The position numbers and the translations under genes are program-made. A stretch of DNA of 64,000 bases from Octopus vulgaris (taxonomy: Eukaryota), in contig OX597814.1 in the NCBI GenBank assembly GCA_951406725.2, positions 184,698,001 to 184,762,000 of the forward strand, given 5' to 3'. Below the pieces are notes generated by a model. It was not told the origin of the DNA. It saw only the letters and a program-made list of their open reading frames with translations, and made no database searches. Shown here in pieces: positions 53,874-64,000 of this stretch (within the stretch, counting starts at the first letter, position 1; every line of letters begins with the position of its first letter).

Positions 53874-54456
53874 AAAAATTACGAATATTGGTTTCCCACA
53901 AAACTGGGAAACCTATAGAAAGTTTTTCTTCCAAAGTAGTTCAAAAAAGCAGTTCAAAAATTCCAATACCCACCCCCATTCGGGGGAGGGGCACGAAAAT
54001 AGCCTGGCAGGACTATATATAGTCACGTAAATAAAAAGCCACAATGGCTAACAGTTCAACGGTAAGAAATTATCCAATTATTCCCCGGTAAAACCGGAGA
54101 ACAAGACAGTTCAGCAACGTTTAAAGACAAATTTTCAGTAGTAGAAATTCAACAATTAACAACACAGCAAAATTCTTACCGGGAAGAAAACGCGTCCAAA
54201 CCGTAGTACGGTAAGCAAAGTCACTCTTCAGTCAGTGAGGTTAGACAAGCTACTTACCACACAGCCACTAACACGTTTAGTCACGTTAACCCTATATTTT
54301 ATGAATATGATTTTAGTAATTTCAGAAGTTTAATTCGGCAATTCTACTCCAGCTGCCGATTGAATCCGCGCTTGCGCGATGAATTCGAAAAATTATCATA
54401 TATAAGAATGAGACACGTGTTATATCTATCTCTAAATTATATCATAATGTTTTGGC

Positions 54457-54680
54457 GTAGCCACTGATGAGAACTTCGCCTAGCAAATTGTTTTATTTCC
54501 TAATTAGAGTTTGAAACCTAGGAATGGTTGTAAAAAAAAAAACAAGGTAAATGTTTTTATTTTTCATTCCCTTCGAAATTGTTCTTAAATGTGGTTTTGG
54601 TCGTTTTGACTGCTACTTCTAGCATGTAAGGCCGCCTTTTAAAGCTCACCTCTTTTTGTGTTCAAATTTACACTAATCTT
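54457..54680 (+). mobile_element. Penelope-pLTR-like insert with decayed hammerhead (54457-54531)
   Basis: GTAGCCA-CTGATGA-GAACT..AGTTT-GAAA-CCTAGG-AA-TGGTTGT (cleavage-site U mutated; palindrome CCTAGG). Downstream sequence is homologous to 56500-56600. Confidence 0.7.
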
Positions 54681-55298
54681 ATATATATATATATATATAC
54701 ACGTGTGTATACATAACTATCTGTTTTAGCATGAGTGTACACGCGTGCGCACACAAACACACACACTCACATATATGCATACATACATTCACTACTCACA
54801 TTATACACACACGTGAATGAGAATGTATGTGAGTATATGAGTCTTTATAAGCACAAATAGACGTGTGCGAATAATATATGAACGGTGCTAGGAAGAGTAT
54901 ATGTAAAAATTTTGCATAAATTATGTACGCTTCGCTAATCAAATTGTTACCATATTCTCGAAGCATCTGACATGGTGGTGATGGATTTGGGAGCACAATC
55001 CTGTCAGACCTACGGAAGCATGGAGAAACAGATGTTAATTAAAATCTTGATGATCTATGGATACAAGGTAGTGCGTGTTTAATAGTAGCATATACGTGCT
55101 TGCGTGTGTAATAAGTTACGAGAGAACGAGCCAATATGTGTTGCGCAGGTGAACGAAAAGTTTAGCTGCAAAGGCATCTGAATGTTTGTGACTTAATCTA
55201 TTTGTCATTTTCTGTTTGACTAGCGTTCCTTCGCTCACCACGTGTAACTTTATATACACTTACCTATACATACGTACATATACATATATACATATATA

Positions 55299-55340
<42 letters not shown>

Positions 55341-55659
55341 TATATGTACATATACATAATTACACATAAAGACACATATATAGATATATATATACACACA
55401 CAAATATATATATACATACATATATATGTATATACATACCTATATATATATTCATTTGACAAGTAAATAACACACGAATATACATTTACATAGATACATA
55501 TACTTATTCACATAAATATATTTAGAGAGGTGTATATGTGAGTAATAAACACACACATAAATATATACATATATATAAACATATATATATATACATGAAA
55601 TATAAATATATACTCACACACATATGCATACATGTGCATATATATATATGTGTGTATGT

Positions 55660-55882
55660 TACATAAAATGAGAGAACAAAGCCATGGTTATGTGGAATTT
55701 TCAGGACATTTATAAAGAGTTAATCTTACAGCTGTTTCTGAGATGTTAGGGATATCCTATCATCAGAGACAATGTAAGATGACGGATCCCTAATATCCCA
55801 GGAACAGCTTTAAGATTAACTTTCTCTTCATAAATATCCTGAAAATTCCACTCAGCCTTGGCTTTGTTGCTTCATTTTATTT
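55660..55882. mobile_element. Inverted-repeat hammerhead insert (hammerhead on - at 55722-55771)
   Basis: GTCT-CTGATGA-..-GAAA-CAGCTG-TA-AGATT (palindrome ACAGCTGT). A decayed mirror copy lies at 55778-55820. Confidence 0.7.
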
Positions 55883-56715
55883 AAGGGTAGCCAAATCACG
55901 AATAAAAGCAATTTCAAAGGGAATGGAAATAGAAAATATTTTTGTAGTTACCCTCAGACTCAAGTTTTTATATCGTCTTAGAAGTGCCTTGTATCAAAAC
56001 AATATCATTCGTAGCAGACATTCTCTTGACATCGTTCACATGCGTCTGTCTCGGGCTCTGAAATTACAGCCCGATTTGATATCAATAATCGTAAAAATTA
56101 AAAGCAATTCAAATTCAATGTTTTCTTGTATTAATAAATTTCTATAGAGATTAGGATTTAAATTCCAATGTATGAAAAGGTTCCGTTCTACAATATTCTT
56201 AAAGGAACGAAAAATTATCCAGCAACTTGTGCTAATACGAACGGGCCTGGTAGGTGTAATATAATTTTCGGAATCCACCACGCAAGCGCAGTTACATCCG
56301 GCAGCACATAATAATCAAAAATTAAAACCGCATAAAATTATAGTATGTAAGTATACAGCACGTGTGTTTTCGGTGCTATTTACTGCATAAATATGCATTA
56401 ATTTTAGCAACCTCAATGATGAAGTGCAGATGGCAAATTCATTTATTTACACATTGATATCTGTAGTTACCCTCAGACTCGAGTCTGAGGGTAACTACAA
56501 AAATATGTTTATTTCCATTCCGTTTGAAATTGCTTTTATTCGTGGTTTGGCTACCCTTTCTAGCATGTAAGGCGTCCTGTCAAAGGTCACCTCTTTCGTG
56601 TATAAATACTTAAATTTTTTATACACTATTATACATGAAAATATGTTGTGTATTGACGTTATTACGCATGCTAGCCACCGGTATGAAAATTTTTCTACAA
56701 TTATTATTTTCACAG
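55883..56715 (+). mobile_element. Penelope-pLTR-like insert with inverted arm (55883-55965 vs 56478-56558) and disrupted hammerhead (56411-56490)
   Basis: CCTCA-(A)TGATGA..ACTCGAG-TC-TGAGG. A perfect 38-bp palindrome lies at 56462-56499. Confidence 0.65.
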
Positions 56716-56716
56716 T

Positions 56717-56808
<92 letters not shown>

Positions 56809-56838
56809 ATGTAATAATAATAATAATGATAATAATAA

Positions 56839-57389
56839 TTGTATGGATTGCCACTTGTGCATGTAGGAAATCCAAATGACTACCTGAATGTAGTGTTGAA
56901 AATCATGTGACCGTTTGTTTCTTCCGTCTGTATTTTCCAGAAATCCGGTTGATAATAAATAAAACTAAGTCTGGGACAATAGCTAACAAACACACACACA
57001 ACATTAAAGTAATTCTTTACAGATGTCCGTATGTTTCGCACTTCACGAGGTTGTGAAAGAATGAAGAATTTATTTCAAGTGGTAGCTTTTACAAAGTTTA
57101 GTATGTGAGTATTTTAAAAGAATTAAAGATATTTTATATAATTTTGAAAAGGGAGGGCGTAGACATTTTTTCTGTTTATATAAGGTAAGTGATAAAACAA
57201 AATGGCTTGTCGATGTATATTTAGTTTTAATCACAAAGCATTGACATGTGTGTATTAGCTCAGTTTTATTTATATCCAACCAAACTTCTAGAAAATACAG
57301 ACGGAAGAAACAAAAGGTCACATGATTTTCAACACTACATTCAGTAATCATTTGGATTTCCTACAAGCACAAGTGGCAATCCATACAAG
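56839..57389. mobile_element. MITE-like element with ~130-bp inverted termini
   Basis: 56839-56969 is the reverse complement, with mismatches, of 57259-57389. Confidence 0.7.
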
Positions 57390-57614
57390 GTTTGACACGG
57401 ATCATACACGGATCACATTCAATTGCAGCTAGAATTATTGAAATGGTTACGAAACGGGTTTTCAACACCTATTCTTTTTACACCGTGCTCTTCAGAGAGA
57501 TGTCAGATAAATATGCACATGAGGTGTACATTTGCTCGAAAGAGAGTAAAACAGTGAAGCAAGATCAGATATTTAGTGAAAGCATGTCTACATATCTGTT
57601 AGCAATTGATATTT

Positions 57615-57812
57615 CTACTTTCACTTTCACTTTTACTTGTTTCAGTCATTTGACTGTAGCCATGCTGGAGCATCACCTTTAGTCGAGCAAATCGCCCCCA
57701 GGACTTATTCTATCGATCTCTTTTGCTGAACCGCTAAGTTACGGGGACGTAAATACACCAGCATCGATTGTCAAGCGATGTTAGGGGGACAAACACAGAC
57801 ACACAAACATAT

Positions 57813-57886
<74 letters not shown>

Positions 57887-58038
57887 TTATATATACGACG
57901 GACATCTTTCAGTTTCTGTCTACCAAATCCACTCACAAGGCTTTGGTCGGCCCGAGGCTATAGTAGAAGACACTTGCCCAAGGTGCCACGCAGTGGGCCT
58001 GAACCCGGAACCATGTGGTTGGTAAGCATACTACTTAC
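57615..58038 (-). mobile_element. SINE family A, full length
   Basis: Homologous to 16945-17392. Confidence 0.85.
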
Positions 58039-58629
58039 CACACAGCCACGCCTGCGCCTTACAGCTAATAAATGCATTAAACAATATTTCTTACAAGTTG
58101 GATATTGTGTGGTTTGTTCTGTATATCATTATTTGACTTAAAAGAAACAACCTATCAAAACCTAGTATTTGTGCTTTTAACTGTATAATAGCTCTGGAGA
58201 GCATCAATCTCACTACCTTTTGTAACCAAAAGATCGCCAAACGCCCATGGTTACTTTAGTTATAATTGCAAATGCTGTGTTAATAATTGCTTTCGTGTTT
58301 TTTTGTTTTTGTTTTTGAGAATCCATTCTGAGTGTATTGCAGTTGTGGTTTATATCATCGTAGTCGTAGTAAACACCATTGTTATTGTTGCTGCTGCTAT
58401 CATTGTTGATGCTACTGTTACTGTGATTGATGTTGTTTGTTTATCCCGTGTAACAAGACTTCAACACTGTGTTGTTCTCACGATGACACCAGTTAAATTG
58501 GTTGGAATAACTACGTCTCAAACACAGACGCTATTTTCTTCCACTCTTGGTACGTCTTAGACATCTGGAATGTTTCATTATACTGAAATGTTAAAACATT
58601 TAAATAGGGTACATTTGTATGGACTTGAA

Positions 58630-58696
<67 letters not shown>

Positions 58697-60149
58697 TTTC
58701 CTACAGTAGCACACACTTTTGTCTCTTTCTTATTTTCTCTTTCTTTCGCACAAATATTCTTTCTCTCTCTTACACTCTCTCCCTTCTCTATCTATCCCTA
58801 CCAAGTAAAAAAAAAACGATAAACGTCGCCCTTTTCAAGCCTAGCGAGGCTCATGGGCCCGGTTTCCCGGTTTCTGTGGCGTAATGGGAAGACAACTGGA
58901 AGAGATATAACAGTTGAATACTAGTAAACTAGTAAAAGACTGATTCTTCAACTATATCTATACTCAAAAGTATTATTAAAGGCCAGATTCACATTACCAA
59001 ATTGGCTTGCTACATCACAGACAGATCTTCTAACCAAGAACGTCACAATTGTGTAGGCTAAAAGGCATAGATCAATTGCTTGTCTAAACAATATGGATAA
59101 GGTCTACAGAAGGTATTTAAAAACAATTCCTGTGAATCCAAAAACAAACATAGTGACCGATGGTCAGGCAGATAGAGTGGAAGAGTTTGTCAGTGTCTGT
59201 CGTCTTCCAGTGTCTGTAGTTTCTTGTGTGCATTCTGAATAATTTTATCTGCTTCAAGCTTCTCTCTATTTCGAGAGATGGTAGGTCGAATAAAAAAATT
59301 CTGTTAAAAATTAACTACGAAACTGTTTTGCAGTTTTAACTGTATTTTCAAACTTCCAGCAGTAATTTAGGAAAACTTTCCCTAACACAAGATTTACTCT
59401 TTATTATTTTTAATAGATTAAATCTAAAAAGAGAAATGAAAATTGAGTTATCAGGTGTTAAAATGAGTGTACGTGTTTTGTAACACCTTATATACATATG
59501 TGTGTGTGCGCGCACATATGTGTGTGCAAATGTGTGTCTATACATATGGTTACATACGTATTAGTATATTCACGCTTGTAGCGTATCTGCGTGTCTGTAT
59601 TTTAGAATTTGTGAGCATGTATGTATGTGAAATGTGTGCGTGTTTCGGTGCGTTTCTTCCATAAGGCACGTCTCCGAAATATTATCCATTAGTGCATTAA
59701 AAAGCTATCCAACGCCTAACTTGCTAAAAAGCAGACATGATGAAGATGACGACGACGACAACGACTACGACGACGATGGTGATGATGATTATCAGGTGCA
59801 AGAGAATGGCGGAACCCTAGAAAGATGAGCTCTGAAGAATGATGAGAAAGAAAAAAAAATTGGCAGCCCTTGCTTATGATAATCATAATATTTGGTAAGA
59901 CCTTGTCATGCCCATCTTATTGTTATTGTGTTTTTTATTTTTATTCTTGTTTAGAGCAGCCCCGAATAATTAAATCTGTAATGAATAATTTGATCGCCTT
60001 GTCCTATTTTTCGAGAGCAGACTACACCGTAATAAATTAACTATTATTATGTGGAAATATTTCTGCCGAAATTTTCAACGTGTTTGAAACAGTTGTCCCT
60101 AATTATACAGCAAACATACAAATATGTATTCATACTAGCATACATACAT

Positions 60150-60350
60150 ACATACATGTCTAGACATGCAACTAAATACGTGAGAATACATACATAAAAG
60201 AAAACATACAAATTGGCATACATACATGCAGACAGGCAGGCAGACAAAAACACCCAATTGATGTTATTGAAATTGCAATGAAGGAGTCTTGAATCTATAT
60301 TAGAAACCGGCTCTTTATTGGCAAGAAATCTTGAAATAAGACTGAGTAAT
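60150..60350 (+). mobile_element. 3' UTR fragment of the R4/Dong-like element
   Basis: TTGAAATTGCAATGAAGGAG..TTAGAAACCGG..ATTGGCAAGAAATCTTGAAATAA matches the reverse complement of 505-600. Confidence 0.7.
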
Positions 60351-60649
60351 GATATACATACATGCATATATACAAGCATGCATATATACATACGTACATA
60401 CATACATACATACATGCATACATACATACATGCATACATTCATACATACATACATACAACACAGACTTATACATATGTATATATATTCCACTAGCGAAAC
60501 GTGAATTTCCTAACTTAAACGTTGCGTCTATATATGTGTATGTATGTATGTATTTATGTTTGTGTGTATGTATGTTTGTATGTATGTATGTTTATGTGTG
60601 TGCATGTGTGTGTGTCTATATGTGCATGCATGTATGTATTTATCTATCA

Positions 60650-60857
60650 ACGTGATCACCGTGACCGACCAGGCTATCAGAAGAAAGAGTGAGAGAAATT
60701 TGTGGTGAAAGAGTACAGCAGAGATCGCCACCACTCCCTACCGGAACCTCATGAAGATTTTAGGTGTTTTCGCTCAATAAACACTCACAACGCCCAGTCT
60801 GGGAATTGAAGCTGCGATCTTACAACCGCTAGTCCGCTGCCCTAGCCACAGGGCCAT
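60650..60857 (-). mobile_element. SINE family C, internally deleted
   Basis: Homologous to 40632-40905. Confidence 0.75.
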
Positions 60858-61738
60858 GAATATATATACGCACACTCACAAATACACATTGGTAGACAGA
60901 TACACGCACACACAAACACACATATTGTATATATATATATGTAAATTGGTAGATGGATAGATGAATATATGGATGTACAGAGGGGTTTATGTATGTATAT
61001 ATGCTTGTGCGAGTACATATAGATGCACACACACACACACACATATATATACATCTGTGCACGCACTTATGTATATGAATGTATTTATTATTTATGTATG
61101 TATTTATAAACATACAAACACCTCCCGTATTTGCATGTATAAGAATGAATGACAGACTTAGAAACAAAACCAACTCCCGTCCATTTTTGCGCTTTGAATT
61201 CGGTAACGTTTTTTTCATATTTTTCCATTTCAGCGCTTAGAGCAAACTGTTGTTTTAACCGTATCTTTGAAGGAAATAAAAACGTAAAAAATAATGGCAA
61301 AGATTAATAATTCAAGAATGCCAAACATGAAGATGGAAATGATGCAGAAAAGAAGATGACATTGATAGTTTGGTGCTATGAATGATGGGGACGAAACCTG
61401 TTGTGAAAGGAAGATAGATGAGCTTGTAATTATAACTGAAGGTAGAGAACATTATTTTCTCATCTTGAGGGAATTATCCAAATACATTTTGAATGAAAGA
61501 CAAGAATTGTCTTACGTCTTACCCATCCAGTAAGAATACGTAGGGTGACGCATGCATGTATACACACACATACACACACACACACAAACTCATATACGCA
61601 ATACACACATACACATTTATAAATGTATGCAAATGTGTGTGTATATATTCATAAATGTGTGTGTGTGTGGATGCATGGATGTATATATGGACGTATGTAT
61701 CAAGCTGAGAAATTGACCATATCCTACTACTACTGCTC

Positions 61739-61780
<42 letters not shown>

Positions 61781-61891
61781 TTACAACAACTACTACTACT
61801 ACCGCCACCACCGCCGCCACCCACACAACCCCCCACCCTGCCCCCACCACCACTGCTACTACGATCACTACAGTTAATCCTCCTCTCCCTC

Positions 61892-61935
<44 letters not shown>

Positions 61936-62171
61936 GCTCTCTCTTCCGCAGAATTATGTTCATCTACAAAATGTATATTTTAGTAGGCGTTCCGTTATGC
62001 CATATTGTTGTTGCATGTAAGTATAAAACGTCCTTTTTTTTCCTGCCTGCCTACCATTACTACAGACAAGCTTCCAAAATACTTTTAAAACTCCCCATCT
62101 AAGAATTTCAAACCTTTATGGAGTGCTTTGTAAAATATGTCTGAAGAGATCAGCGGTCAATAGCAATGACA

Positions 62172-62241
<70 letters not shown>

Positions 62242-62265
62242 GTAATAATAATATTAATAATAGTA

Positions 62266-62314
<49 letters not shown>

Positions 62315-62650
62315 TCTCTCCATCCTTTCTACTATAGGTTCAAGTCCTGAAATTTTTGGGTGAGACCCTAATCAGTTACATTGACTCCAGTCCTCAATTG
62401 GAATATATTGCATTGATCCCGAAAGGATGAAAGACAGAGTTGACCTCGGTAGAATTTGAACTGAGAATGTAAAGGGCCGCTAAGCATTTAGTCCGGTGCT
62501 CTATGTAGAAACTGAAAATAGTAATGTTCTCTATAATAATAACTGTTTTCCATATAATGAAAAAATGCAACCAAATACTTAATCCTCCGCTCCCTACCAT
62601 GAGTTGCAAATATACACAACACGGTTGCATAGAGTGACTTTTATACAATA

Positions 62651-63048
62651 CTAGCAGTATCGCCCGGCGTTGCTCGGGTTTGTAAGGGAAATAACTATAT
62701 AAGCATTTTTAGAGTTATAGCCCAAAAATAGCAAAAAAAAAATGCATTAAAAATGGAAAAACAATGATGATAAATTTTTTTTTAAATCGTTGACTCATCG
62801 TAGACATTTTTAGAGAGTTACTTCCCTTATATAATAGCGAAAAAAATGCATTAAAATGGAAAAAAATGATGGTAATTTTTTTTTAATCGTAGACTCATCG
62901 TAGACGCGCGCTAATACCCAGAAGGGCTCGATATGAATCACGACTATAAGATACCCGGTTTTGGTTAAACTGCACCGCAAAATGTGGGAGTAGTTAGGAA
63001 TCTAAATCGTAGGAGACAGACACACAACTTTAGTTTTATATATAAAGA
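62651..63048 (-). mobile_element. Complete non-autonomous Helitron (398 bp)
   Basis: On the - strand: A|TC...hairpin CCCGAGCAACGCCGGG...CTAG|T. Contains an internal ~105-bp tandem duplication. Confidence 0.85.
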
Positions 63049-63149
63049 TAAATCACGAAAGCAAAACAACAACCTACACATGGTCAAACTCTCAGAGTTG
63101 GGCTCCATAATGCATTAAAAGCAAAGCAATAAAACAAGCCTACTGTAAA

Positions 63150-63950
63150 AATATAAGATAATAAACATAATATAACACGTAGGAAAGTGAAAACCTACAG
63201 AAACAATGCAAGAATAAGCAACGACTGAACAATGGTAATGAATAAAGATTACAAGATTTAGAAGGCTCAAATATATCGGTGGGAGAACATAAATGGATTA
63301 ATAGAGTAATATGAAAGTGATATAGGGCCAAAATGCCATCATTAATAGAAATAAGGAAAAGAGCAAAATATTCTAAGCAATAAGATATGTTAATAACATT
63401 ATGAAAAAGATGTAAATAAATATCACTGATACCAATGACCTGTTATAGAGAAGAGCCATTCTTGTCTCAGAAATAGCAGATGGTGACTTGAACATAAAAG
63501 GTAAATTGAATAGGGATATTGTGGAATAAAAGAGATTGGAAGGACAAGAAAACCGCATAAAAGACTTGAGACAGGCTTTTCAATTTCCGAAAAGACATAC
63601 CATAAACAAGATTTATGAAGTAATACAATTATACAATTATGAATAACAAAAGAAAAATGATCTGAGTAACGGAATTGTTCTGAAAGGCAACAATGAAATG
63701 AAATGTCAGCTGCGGGGGGGGGGGGGAATCAGAACTACGGCTCTGAGCTAACATATAGAGTGACAAACTGGAACATAAAAGAAATGCAAATTGATTATTA
63801 TAGCTATGCATAGAAGGTTTTTGAAACAAAAGAACGTCAGATCACACACATTTTAACAAAAGAAAAGAATGTGATGAAGCTACAGGAGATACAAAAGAAA
63901 TTTTAAGACTTTTGACTTTAAAAAAAATTTCTCTATGTTGCTATTACCCA
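63150..63950 (+). pseudogene. Heavily decayed R4/Dong-like ORF, region upstream of RT
   Basis: NITDTNDLL..AILVSEI and KKRLEGQ..IKDLR fragments resemble the R4-clade pre-RT region. Many stops. Confidence 0.4.
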
Positions 63951-64000
63951 GGACTTTGCTCATTGCTAAACAGATGTATCATCATTGATGAGAAAAATGT

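Larger units (their letters stand above)
48831..54245 (-). mobile_element. Full-length L1/Tx1-clade non-LTR retrotransposon (5415 bp)
   Basis: GC-richer island with ORF1 and ORF2 (APE-RT-CCHC). TSD CAAGCTACTT at 48821-48830 and 54246-54255. Confidence 0.92.

Noticed and set aside
55965-56400. Possible GIY-YIG remnant between the inverted arms (LCAAGCN..ENYI on -)
   Set aside because: Similarity is too short and too decayed to support by eye.

Overview
AT-rich, microsatellite-saturated eukaryotic DNA with no recognisable host gene. The SINE repertoire suggests a cephalopod, probably Octopus (inference). Most ORFs in the supplied track are translations of (TA)n, (CA)n or (CATA)n repeats. The real content is mobile DNA. 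(1) A full-length, ~5.4 kb, mildly decayed L1/Tx1-clade LINE (48831-54245, - strand, 10-bp TSD) sits inside the tRNA head of a SINE. (2) There are relics of R4/Dong-type, CR1-type, RTE-type and Penelope (RT and GIY-YIG) retroelements, mariner MITEs, long-TIR MITEs and a complete non-autonomous Helitron. (3) At least four tRNA-derived SINE families are present. Two systems stand out. First, about a dozen type-I hammerhead ribozyme motifs lie in non-coding Penelope-like or retrozyme-like inserts next to (TA)n tracts. Most have a different but palindromic stem III, most sit in a recurrent head-to-head inverted architecture, and one is a 459-bp tandem unit with two intact hammerheads that predicts a 459-nt (circular) RNA. 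Second, one SINE family shares its 3' end with the Tx1-like LINE and repeatedly lands at one site (GGTATTTCG) within the head of its own SINE family. All calls were made by eye; coordinates of decayed relics are approximate.
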